A stretch of DNA of 64,000 bases from positions 96,001-160,000 of the forward strand of contig CAVSLC010000019.1 of assembly GCA_963728565.1 (NCBI GenBank), given 5' to 3'. This DNA comes from an uncultured delta proteobacterium (lineage in GTDB: Bacteria > Desulfobacterota > Binatia > UBA9968). Under the pieces are notes generated by a model. That model was not told the DNA's origin. It did not search any database and saw only the letters and a program-made list of their open reading frames with translations. Shown here piece after piece: positions 22,016-31,670 of this stretch (position 1 is the first letter of the stretch; every line of letters begins with the position of its first letter). The position numbers were made by a program, and so were the translations under genes.

Positions 22016-22430
22016 CCTATACCTCCGAAGGATCAAAAACTCGCCCGCGCCGCGGGACGCAATCCATTGCGAGGACTCTACTCAAAAACAGTTCGGATGT
22101 CATCCCCTGGTTACGCTTGAAGCTCTCACCTGCGCTGCGCTACTAAACTGCTGGGCATTGTCAGCGGCGCATGAGCCAAAGAAAAGAATCGGATCGAACT
22201 CACGAGCGAATTAAGCGTAGGTTTCTTGCGCTTCTACTGATCCGTCGGTCTGGCGGTATTTAGCTGCAGTGTGCGTGACGTTTCGCTCGCCGATTGCGCA
22301 TAGGGACGGGATCCCCAGTTCCCGGCTGTCGCCGATTGCGCGCCATCCTACAATACGCGCACAGGCGCGTTCCTTAAAGCGTAGTTGCCTCGCCCTGTAT
22401 TGGATTGCGCGGGTTACGCGAGGGGATGCC

Positions 22431-23111
22431 CTAGCGCGGCTCGCTGCCCGAATCGAGCGCCTTTCCGAGGGCTTTCAAATGATTGGAGAGATGTTGCACC
22501 ATCATGGTTTCGGCCAGCTGGGGGTTCTTCTTGAGAAAGGCATCCATGATCTGATCATGCTCGCGCATGGAATAGTCGAGTCGCTGCGGCATATGCAACG
22601 AAAGTAGACGGGTTTTCTGAATTTCACGCCGCAGTTCCTCTATCAACTGGTAGAGCCGCTCGTTGTGCGACAGCTCGGCGATGAAGCGATGAAAATTGCT
22701 GTTGGCGTCGAAATACTGAAGCACGTCGCCCTTATGGCATGCTTCTCTGAGAAGCTGATGCAGTTCGCGCAGGCGGGCGATCTCGTCCGGCTGCGCTCTC
22801 TCTACGGCAAGCCGCGCCGCCAAGCCTTCCAGCACGCCGGCGATCGTGTAGTAGTCGTGCATGTCATCGCGCGACGGATTGCTGGCGACTACATGATTGT
22901 TGGGTAAAAACGTCACGTAGCCCTGAGTTTCCAATGCTCGTAACGCTTCTCGAAGCACCACCCGGCCGGCGCGGAGAGAGGCCGCCAGCTTTTCTTCCGA
23001 GAGCTGCTCCCCGGGCAATATCTTGCCTTGGAGGATTGCCTTTCGAATCTCGCCGGCGGCGTCCTCAACCGACGCTCTGAATTTTTTTTCGGCTCGATGG
23101 GCGCCTAGCAT
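22431..23111 (-). CDS. GntR (FadR/FCD) family transcriptional regulator
   Basis: HTH with PGEQLSE..LREALRALE; FCD motifs NSNFH and EHDQI. Confidence 0.9.
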   Translation of the reverse strand: MLGAHRAEKKFRASVEDAAGEIRKAILQGKILPGEQLSEEKLAASLRAGRVVLREALRALETQGYVTFLPNNHVVASNPSRDDMHDYYTIAGVLEGLAARLAVERAQPDEIARLRELHQLLREACHKGDVLQYFDANSNFHRFIAELSHNERLYQLIEELRREIQKTRLLSLHMPQRLDYSMREHDQIMDAFLKKNPQLAETMMVQHLSNHLKALGKALDSGSEPR

Positions 23112-23113
23112 AA

Positions 23114-24622
23114 TTATAATTTACCGTCTGCGGAAATCGGCTTTCTTACGAGAGCTCTGGCGCGTTGCCAAAGATTTCTTTTCAGAGAGTCCTGGACCAT
23201 CTTGAAACGTCCCTTGAGGGTAAAGAGATAGTAGTCCTCGGTTCGCTTTAGGTAAACTTCACGGCCGATCTTCAGGTGTCTGCTTTCTTCTCCCTGCGCC
23301 AAGATCAGGCGACCGTTCTGTTCCCGAACCAACGCCAGCGCCAGCGGCGGCAAAAATCCGTCCGGGGTGACATAAAGGATCGTGAAGGTTTCGATCACGC
23401 CCTCGTTGCTCATCGGCATCTTCGCCTGGCGGCTCTTCGCGACTTGTCGAGCGGGCTGCGGAAATCCAGGAGTGCGCGGCAACGATGCGTCAGTGCGCTC
23501 GAGAATGGTGACGAAGTTATTGCTGGCAAGACCGCCGGTGCTCTGTGTCAGGCCTCGGTTAAATTGACGTTTTGAAGCGCTCTCGCCGCGCAGCCTTTTC
23601 ACCGCTTCGACGATCTGCGCGAGTCCGCTCGCCCCAACGGGATGCCCGCGCGCTTTCAAACCGCCTGACGGGTTTATCGGCAACCGTCCGTCGCTTGCGG
23701 TGACGCCTTCCAAGACCGCATCGCCGCCTTTGCCTGGGGCAAAAAACCCTAGATCTTCGGTGGTGATAATCTCGAAGGGGGTGAACGCATCGTGCACCTC
23801 GGCAAACTCGATTCCCTGCGGCGAAGTCTCAGCCATCTGATAGGCGCGCGCCGCCGCCATCCGGGTGGCCGGAAATGAGGTAAAAATCTCTCGTCCTCGC
23901 AGGCTGAGCGGGCCGGTTCCCTGAGCGACGCCCGCCAACCGCACGTCTGTTTTTTCGCAGGTAAGCACGACTGCCGCGGCGCCGTCGGTAATCGGCGAAC
24001 AGTCATAAAGACGCAGCGGGGTGGCGACGTACTTGCTCGCCAGATAGGTCTCGCGGCTGATCGGCTTCTGAAATTGCGCCATCGGGTTATGCGCGCCATT
24101 GCCGTGATTCTTCACCGCGACGGCGCACAACATCGTTTCCAACCGGGACTGTGACAGATTGAATTTCTCGCGATATTTTTCAGTAATCATCGCCGCCAAC
24201 GCCGGCATGGTGGCGCCGCACTGGCGTTCCTCTTTGTCGATGACGCCGGCCAAAACTCTTGTGGTCGCGCTGGTGCTCAGGTGGGTCATCTTCTCACCGC
24301 CGAGAATCAGAACCCGGCGGTAATAACCCGATGCCACGGCTTGGAAACCGGCTTGAATCGCCGCCGCTCCGGCGGAAGACGCAGTTTCGATACGCACCGC
24401 CGGAATCCCGGTTAACCCAAGGGCGTCGGCAATGTGCGAAGCAATATTGCTGTCACCGGTAAATTCCTCCGGATTCATGACGCCGATATAAATTGCGTCC
24501 ACTTCCTGTATTTCGCAAGAGGTTAGCGCCGTTTGAGCCGCGTCATGGCAAATCTCGGCCAACGACCTCGGATCCTTGCCGAACTTCGTCATACCGATTC
24601 CGGCGACATAAACCGATTGCAT
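23114..24622 (-). CDS. SCP2/archaeal-type thiolase-fold protein fused to a C-terminal DUF35-like OB-fold segment
   Basis: GIGMTKFG, DCSPITDGAAA, EVHDAF, NPSGGLKARGHPVGASG; C-terminal G.IETFTILYVTPDGF.PP.ALALV. Confidence 0.85.
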   Translation of the reverse strand: MQSVYVAGIGMTKFGKDPRSLAEICHDAAQTALTSCEIQEVDAIYIGVMNPEEFTGDSNIASHIADALGLTGIPAVRIETASSAGAAAIQAGFQAVASGYYRRVLILGGEKMTHLSTSATTRVLAGVIDKEERQCGATMPALAAMITEKYREKFNLSQSRLETMLCAVAVKNHGNGAHNPMAQFQKPISRETYLASKYVATPLRLYDCSPITDGAAAVVLTCEKTDVRLAGVAQGTGPLSLRGREIFTSFPATRMAAARAYQMAETSPQGIEFAEVHDAFTPFEIITTEDLGFFAPGKGGDAVLEGVTASDGRLPINPSGGLKARGHPVGASGLAQIVEAVKRLRGESASKRQFNRGLTQSTGGLASNNFVTILERTDASLPRTPGFPQPARQVAKSRQAKMPMSNEGVIETFTILYVTPDGFLPPLALALVREQNGRLILAQGEESRHLKIGREVYLKRTEDYYLFTLKGRFKMVQDSLKRNLWQRARALVRKPISADGKL

Positions 24623-24630
24623 ACAACACA

Positions 24631-24658
24631 ATTATACTGACCAAGGCGCTAATTCCAA
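24631..24658 (-). promoter_or_regulatory. Putative sigma70 promoter of the thiolase gene (near-leaderless)
   Basis: TTGGAA-16 nt-TATAAT ends 8 nt before the ATG at 24622; no SD sequence. Confidence 0.45.
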
Positions 24659-24857
24659 GTGAGTGGTACAGCGCATCGTCGCAATTGAATCGGAATAGAT
24701 TGAGTTCGAAGGAAGCTCTAAACCCAAGCAGCGCGGCTGCTGATGAGAATTTCTGCGCGTTGGGTCGTGAAATGCCGCTGGGTCGTCGAAGAATCTTCCT
24801 TTGGTGACAGAACGGCGCAGGTTCAGCGATTTACGTTGGCTGAGATGAAAAAGGCAA

Positions 24858-26714
24858 TCAGTGAGGAAGAATTTGGCTTAACTGGAGGATCTGATCGCGG
24901 GTTTCGATAATTTTATTTCCGATCCTGTCGGCGCCGGCATCGGTCAGCGCGTTGCTATTGTCGGTTCGGCCACCCCATCGACCGACGATAAGTTTGCTGT
25001 CGGGAAATCGCGTGCGTAATCGTTTGCACAGGTATCGCGTTTGAGCTAAGCCGCCAGGCGGCAGCGAAGCAAGACAAACCAAAGCAGGCTTTTTCTCGGC
25101 GATCTGGTCGATAATCTCGGCCGCCAGCAGCTCATCGGCAATAATCTCAAGTTCATAACGGAGAGGATCGAGTAACTGTCGAAGCATCAGCAAAGACAGC
25201 TCGTCGGCTTCATCGCGAACCGGACAGCCCATGATGTGGACCTTGGACGTGTCCTCCGGAGTTGGCGTTGCCGTTGCCATTTCCGCGGAGGCTGCCGGCA
25301 ACGACCCGTGTTCCGTTTTGAAGACGTCAAGATCCTCGATTATCTGGCGGGTCGCTTGCAAAACAAATTGTTGCTCGTTGTCCGCCATCCTACCGAAGGC
25401 GAAATCTCTCTTGAGATAGTTCAACGCAGGCACCAGGAGATCGTCAAAGATCTGCTCTTTAGGATGTGACTTTAGGTGCTCTTCGACTATTTCCGCCGCT
25501 TCGTCCTGATCCATGGCGAGCAGTCTCTGATAATAGCTGATGCTTGGCTCGATCACCGGCTCGTCGCTCATCAGAACTCCGATGAAATCCAATTGAGGCA
25601 TATATTTGCTGATTACGACAACGCAGACTGTCAGCGGCGTCGAGAGAACAAGACCGATGGGTCCCCAAAGCCAAGTCCAGAACGCAACCGCTATGAGAAG
25701 ACCGACTTCAGATACGCCGGCGCTTTCACCGTAGAGGAGAGGCTCCAGAATCATATTGTTGATCAGTTCTAGGACAATGATCGTCGCGATCACCAGGAGC
25801 GGCCAAGTCCACCCTGGAAAAACCGCCATGCTAAGGACGCTCGGCAGGAGCGCCGCGGCAACGGGTCCGACATAGGGAATAAACCGCAGTACCGCAGCCA
25901 AGAATCCCCACAGGAACGCGTAAGGCAGGCCGAACAAGTAAAGCGCGATGCAGACCGCGATTCCAAATGACGCGTTGATTATTGATTGCATGAGCAGATA
26001 GCGGCTGATTCGCTGCGCCGCTTCTTCGAGAGCCTTGGTGGTAATCGTCAGCCGACCATAACCGACCAGACGGATCAGACGATTGCGCAGGTTTTCGCGT
26101 TGGATGAGCATAAAAATCACCAGCACGATCACCAGGCCGCTTGAAGCCATCCGTTCCAACATCGGCGCGGTGGCCAAGGGCATCGGCCAGAACGTCGACG
26201 ATTCCTCAGATTGAACGACAACTTCGCGGGGCTTTGATGCGGCCGCTGCCGGCTCGTCTTTGCTAAATTCTTCTTTCACTTCTTCGGCAGTCTCGCGGAT
26301 CTTCTCGAGAGCCCCTCCCTTACCGGCGCCGCGTATATCGCTAATCTTTTCTCGGATGTTGCTTCTATAGGTCGGCAACTCGTTGGCGACGCTGGTCAGC
26401 TGAACAGTCACCAGCCAACCGATTGCGGCGAGCAGCGAAAATGCCAGAACGACGATAATCATCACCGAAGCCAGTCGGCCCAAGCCCACCCGTTCTAAAG
26501 CATCGGCAACCGGCGTTAATAGAAACGTCAGCAAGATCGACAGCGCAACCGGGATTAGAAACGCTTGCCCCCAATAGAGCGTGGCAATGATTAAAACTAG
26601 GGTTGGAAGAATTAGTACCGATGGCAATTTGTCGCCGCGGACGGCACTAGCCCGAGCAAGACTACCTCGCGGCTTCGGACCTCTTGCGCCGGACGTTTTG
26701 TTGAAAGTGCTCAA
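24858..26714 (-). CDS. AI-2E family transporter with C-terminal cytoplasmic (B12-binding/receiver-like) extension
   Basis: Multiple TM segments, RFIPYVGP, EPLLYG..GVS, WLWGPIGLVLSTPLT; C-terminal DEADEL..ML..LL domain. Confidence 0.88.
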   Translation of the reverse strand: MSTFNKTSGARGPKPRGSLARASAVRGDKLPSVLILPTLVLIIATLYWGQAFLIPVALSILLTFLLTPVADALERVGLGRLASVMIIVVLAFSLLAAIGWLVTVQLTSVANELPTYRSNIREKISDIRGAGKGGALEKIRETAEEVKEEFSKDEPAAAASKPREVVVQSEESSTFWPMPLATAPMLERMASSGLVIVLVIFMLIQRENLRNRLIRLVGYGRLTITTKALEEAAQRISRYLLMQSIINASFGIAVCIALYLFGLPYAFLWGFLAAVLRFIPYVGPVAAALLPSVLSMAVFPGWTWPLLVIATIIVLELINNMILEPLLYGESAGVSEVGLLIAVAFWTWLWGPIGLVLSTPLTVCVVVISKYMPQLDFIGVLMSDEPVIEPSISYYQRLLAMDQDEAAEIVEEHLKSHPKEQIFDDLLVPALNYLKRDFAFGRMADNEQQFVLQATRQIIEDLDVFKTEHGSLPAASAEMATATPTPEDTSKVHIMGCPVRDEADELSLLMLRQLLDPLRYELEIIADELLAAEIIDQIAEKKPALVCLASLPPGGLAQTRYLCKRLRTRFPDSKLIVGRWGGRTDNSNALTDAGADRIGNKIIETRDQILQLSQILPH

Positions 26715-27042
26715 TCAGTGGTCCTTCTCAGAGGTTCTAAAAACCAGACATCCGCATTTTTGGCCGCGAACTCGTCGAGCCTCAGTTGATTTACAGCACG
26801 GGCCTCGTCTGCACAAGGCGGTTACCTTCCAGCATACTTGACCGCGGGCACGATATCGGGCCGGTAAAAAGTGTGACGGCAGCGCCAGTGAGTGGACGGA
26901 GCCTTCTCTCGGCGTGAGTACTCGAGAAAGGCGCACGGCCGTCAATTTAGCCTGTGCTAGTGAATTCATTGATCGTTGTCCTTGATAAGGCAGGGGCATG
27001 CCAAGCGGGAATTGTCGTTCCACTACGAAGGGGAGCGCGGCG

Positions 27043-28534
27043 TTAACGAGCTGCGCCAAGCCGAGCGGCCTCACGCCTGATCAGATCAAAAGCCTTCGCC
27101 AGGTGACGCTCAGTGGTTAGGATGTTGCCGACGGCTAGCCGCATTGCAAGATGGCCATTTAATGTGGTGTAGGTCAGATAGGCTTTGCCGGTGCGATTGA
27201 CTGCTTCGACGAGCCGTCGATTAAGAGCTATTAAGCTCTTGGTCCACCGCCGGTTTAGTTCCAAGCCCATGCGGCGCTATGCGGAAGCAGACCACAGCCA
27301 TTGTCACCGGCGCTAGCAGCTGGAACTCCGGATCGGCATCGAGCCAGGATGCGAACAAGCGCGCCAGGCGAATGTGCTCCCGGATCCGAGCGGCAAGCCC
27401 TTCGGTGCCGAAACTGCGGATAACCATCCAGGCCTTGAGAGCGCGAAAGCGGCGGCCAAGCTGTATGCCGTAGTCCATATAGTTGCGCTCGGCCTGTCCG
27501 GCATCGCCGCGCAGGTACTCGGGGACGAGCGAGAAGGTCGCGCGCAAGAGTTCCGGCCTTCTGAGGTACAGCGCGCTGAAGTCGAGCGGGACGAATAACC
27601 ATTTATGCGCATTGACTACAATGGAGTCAGCCGCCTCGACTCCCTTCATCACGGAACGACCTTCCGGCAAGAGAGCCATCGCTCCACCATACGCCGCGTC
27701 AACATGCAGCCATAACCGGTGCTCGTCACATAGCGCGGCAATTTCATCGACCGGATCGACGCTGGTTGTCGAAGTTGTGCCGACGGTGGCAATGACTGCC
27801 ATCGGCAGCAGGCCGGCGCGCAAGTCCGTGTCGATGACGCTGCGGAGCGCAGAGACGTCCATGCGATAGGTCGTCTCGCATGGCACGCGGCGCACATTTT
27901 GTTCGCCGATGCCAAGGGTGATAGCCGCTTTCTCAACTGAGCTGTGCGCCTGATCTGAGGCATAAATCCGCAATCCAGGAACGTCGGGCCGCCCGCACAA
28001 ACCGCGCGCGCGGACATCGAGACCGAGATTCTCACGCGCAGCTGCCAAGGCATGCATGACAGCTACTGAAGCGGTGTCGTAAACGACACCTGTATAGTCC
28101 ATGGGAAGGCCAAGCATCTGGCGCAGCCAGTCGAGCACCACGGTTTCAAGTTCGGTTGCGGAAGGCGAGGTGCGCCACGTCATCGCACTGACATTGAGTG
28201 CTCCCATCAGCATTTCGCCCAGGATTCCCGTAGCCGTTGTCGTCGAGCCGAAATAGCCGAAGAACGCAGGATGTCCCCAGTGCACGACGCCAGGAATTAT
28301 CGATTTTTGAAAGTCTCGAAAGATATCACTGAACCGTTCGGGAGCCTCGGGCGGAACTTGCGGCAGCCGAGCGCTGATCTCGCCAGGCGCAATGTCTGGC
28401 GAAATTCTCAGCTCTTCGATGCTCTCACGATAGTCTGCCACCCATTCGGCAACCCGATGCAGAGCTTCGCGGAACTCCGCGGCTGGCATGTCTCCGAGCT
28501 CGGCGAAACCTGGCGCATCATTGCTGTCGAGCAT
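27043..28534 (-). CDS. Group II PLP-dependent (aromatic L-amino acid-type) decarboxylase (frameshift ~27265)
   Basis: PGVVHWGHP, SPSATELE, SDQAHSSVEKA, HVDAAYGG, NAHKWL (PLP lysine), GRRFRALK; C-terminus continues in ORF 27043-27270. Confidence 0.93.
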
Positions 28535-28568
28535 CGTTAGCTCCGGTTGATTTTAGTCACCACTGGGT

Positions 28569-29616
28569 TTAGTCCGGGCGCGGCGGATTCGTGAAAGGAT
28601 GCGGCTTTCGCATAAACGAGCGCCCCCCGCTCCATGCTCGCCCGGTTCCCTTGGATAACAATTGCTCGCCGAACGGGTAGCCGCCGTGAACCAATCGCCA
28701 GTACAGCGCCCAGTATACGCTCAGTGAACGCTCCAATAGCCAGAGCGGCGCGTAGAGGATCACATGAGCAGGAAAAAAACGATACGCTTGATCGCCGCAA
28801 CAGGCCGCGGCCGGCAACGACCGCCGCGCACGTCGATACTACGAAAAGGAACGCCAGCGCAGCACCCGTGCCACTGAACACCGCAAGCGCGAGCGCCGCG
28901 GGTAGCAGGGACATAAACAGGAGAGTCTTGGCGCGCATAATGAAGTCTTCGTAAGCTTGACGCGGACGTTGCTCGAACCATTTGCGCAAGGTTGGGGGCC
29001 GCTTCAGGATAAAAAAATCGAGCGCGTAGCAGACATCGGCTCCATTTAAGATGAAGTGGCGCACGATCTCTTCATTGTCAAACAAGACGTCCCCGTCATA
29101 GTGGCCGAAGCGCACGAAAGCGGAACGGCGAAAGGCGCAGGTGCCTGGATAATCTCCGGTCCACAGAACGCCTCGATTGATCAGCATCCGCGCCGCCTCT
29201 GTCTTCCCCCACCATGGTAGCGGCGCCAGATAGTTCTGCGGCCTCACCATATCGTGCCGCTTAAGCAGCGCTAACGCGCGCCGGATATCTTCGGATGTAT
29301 AACGGATGTCGTCATCGGCGAGAATGATGCTCTCGCAGCTCGCGAGGTCAACGCCGGTGTGGACGCCATTCACTTTGCCATTGAGATAAGTGTACCTTCG
29401 ATCCACTGGAACGTGGCGGCACAGCTCGCGCCAGGCGTGATCGTGCCGTGCGAAGATCTCAGGAGAAGAGCCGTCCACAATAAGGACCTCGCAGTCTTCA
29501 CGCGCAAGCTTACCGAAGTATTCCGCCAAATCATCAACCTCCCGGTGCAGCGCGTCTATCCGACGGATCGGCAGGATATACGTGCAACGAAAGGCGCCGG
29601 ACTCAGCGTGGCTCAT
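28569..29616 (-). CDS. GT2/GT21-like membrane glycosyltransferase (C-terminus frameshifted into ORF 28569-28817)
   Basis: LIVDGS, NGKVNGV, ADDDIRY (DxD), QRPRQAYEDF (QxxRW-like), C-terminal TM helices with APLWLLER. Confidence 0.8.
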
Positions 29617-30779
29617 GCCGCACTCTGGCGCAGAGTTCGTTGATGCGCCGCTTCGACTTCCGCGGCCCGCGCCGATCGAGCGACGCCTGCGCCGGAACGC
29701 TCGCTGATCAACTTCTGTTGATCATAACCGAGCGTGATCTCCCAGGCTTCCGCCGGATATCTCGCCGCCAGCGGCAACGCTATTTCGTAAAGCATCCACT
29801 GCCCGTGCCGCTTATCTTCTCTGATATGCAGCTCCCAGTAGCCGCGAGCGGCTTTTGGCAACATGAGCCGCTCGGCCGCCGCGCGATAATTATCGAACGC
29901 GGCAGGAACTGAGATTTCGGTGTAGAGCAACCCGCCCACGTAGCGCAAATAAAACCGTTTGCGTTCCGACAGCAGGAAGCTGTGGTTGATGCCCGCGAGC
30001 ACCTCCCACGGAACCAGGTCGAAATAGGCCTCCGGTTCTGTGCGCATCTGGAGCTCGCTTAGCATCGCGGTAAAAAAAGTAGAATGCTTACGATTGAGCT
30101 TCCCGCCGCCGTACTCCTCGACCAGGACGCGCGTCAGCATTGAGTGTATGTCGTTTGAAACTCCGCCAAGGGTGCGCGACAGCTGGCTCGCTTCGACCAA
30201 GCCATCCAGAGATGCGATGGCCAGGAGGCGCCGATAACCGATCTGACCCATATGATCTCGAAAATAGAGGCCGGTTGTGGACAGCGGGGGTGAGACATCG
30301 TATGCCGCGCGCCGCCGCAGCGCCTCGTCTACGTTCTCACCGCTGAGAGCGGCCACATCCAAGAACGAGAGTTCCCATGCTTGCCAGGCCTGCTCAATCC
30401 TTGCTCGCAGCTGATGCAGATAGGCGGAGCGTTCACTATCGTAATTCTGAAGATCGTCATACCAGAAAAGTTTCAGACGATTGATCCGGTAAAGCACTCG
30501 CTGCAAGAACAGCCGGGCACTCTCGTCAGCTTGGCTCGAATGCGACTTGACGCCCTTATCACCGGCCGAATAGATCGAACTTAGCGCTTTCTCAACTGTG
30601 GCTTCGAATAGCCGAACGGGCGCAGGGCGGTCTGTGACGTAGTGGTCCAGGCACTTCGATTTTATGAGTGCGGCAAAGCTCTCTTCCGCTTCTGCATACT
30701 CTGCTGGCAATATTTGCTTTTCCATCGCGGCATACCTCGAGCGCGCGCAGTTAATGTATTCGGCTTGTTCACTCTGCAT
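29613..30779 (-). CDS. Heme-oxygenase-like diiron oxidase (iron-containing redox enzyme family)
   Basis: Ligand motifs VEEYGGG...KH, YTE, and WELHIREDKRH; GGAGG RBS. Confidence 0.85.
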   Translation of the reverse strand: MQSEQAEYINCARSRYAAMEKQILPAEYAEAEESFAALIKSKCLDHYVTDRPAPVRLFEATVEKALSSIYSAGDKGVKSHSSQADESARLFLQRVLYRINRLKLFWYDDLQNYDSERSAYLHQLRARIEQAWQAWELSFLDVAALSGENVDEALRRRAAYDVSPPLSTTGLYFRDHMGQIGYRRLLAIASLDGLVEASQLSRTLGGVSNDIHSMLTRVLVEEYGGGKLNRKHSTFFTAMLSELQMRTEPEAYFDLVPWEVLAGINHSFLLSERKRFYLRYVGGLLYTEISVPAAFDNYRAAAERLMLPKAARGYWELHIREDKRHGQWMLYEIALPLAARYPAEAWEITLGYDQQKLISERSGAGVARSARAAEVEAAHQRTLRQSAA

Positions 30780-31670
30780 TCATCGCCTCCCTTGCCGCTC
30801 GATAAAGCTTGTTCTTGCAATATAGAAAGCCGCGGTGGCTTTTATCCTCACGAATTCCTTCGATGATTGCCGGTTCCGCTTTGTCGAGGCGGACGCATGG
30901 CTTCCGCGCCTTGCTCGACGCAGCGCGAGAGCAGAACGCAGCTCCTTATCATCGGATACGCAATTTACGAAGGTGTAGGATCATAGGTTGAAGAGCGGGC
31001 GATGCTCTTTCAACGATTCCTGCTTCGGAGGTATCAGCCTGATCAAGCAGATTCTGCAGCGCCGTCAGCTTGATCTCGGCGGGCAATCCGACAAGGAACT
31101 CAGGCAGGTTTGTTAAACCCCTACGATCCTCAATCGTTCCAGAGTGCAAGATTCACGCCCGCGTCGCTCATGAAGTTCGAAAGTTGCCTTCGATCCAGTT
31201 GCCCTGAACTTTCTTATGTCTCAAGAAACCAACTTGAGGCACGAACCGCAGCTGTCTTCGGCAGCGCTGCTCGGATCATGCGTGCCCTCCTTCTGAAATG
31301 CGACCGTGTAGCGTTCCTGGGATAGGGTATCGATAACGGATGTTCCAGATTCGCACAGTAATCGGTTGTGACTAGATGGAAAATAGAAACGCCTCAAATG
31401 TCGTGCAAGGCACCAGCAGTCGATCGGTCGAATGAGGTCACGAATGACGAAGACACTCGCGCGCCGTTTGGAGCGCAATCGAAGTGACCTCAGCTGCTCA
31501 ACTACGATGCAGCGTTGGCAGCCCGCCAGCGGGTGGCATTCGTTTTGCTGAATCAAGATGTTCAACCAGCATAGATTCCAACAAAAAATCGAAGCATCAC
31601 CGTCGAATGACACCGAGGCACGCTCCAGTCTCCGGCTGATCATTCGAAAGCACCGCGTGGGAGTTGTGTA

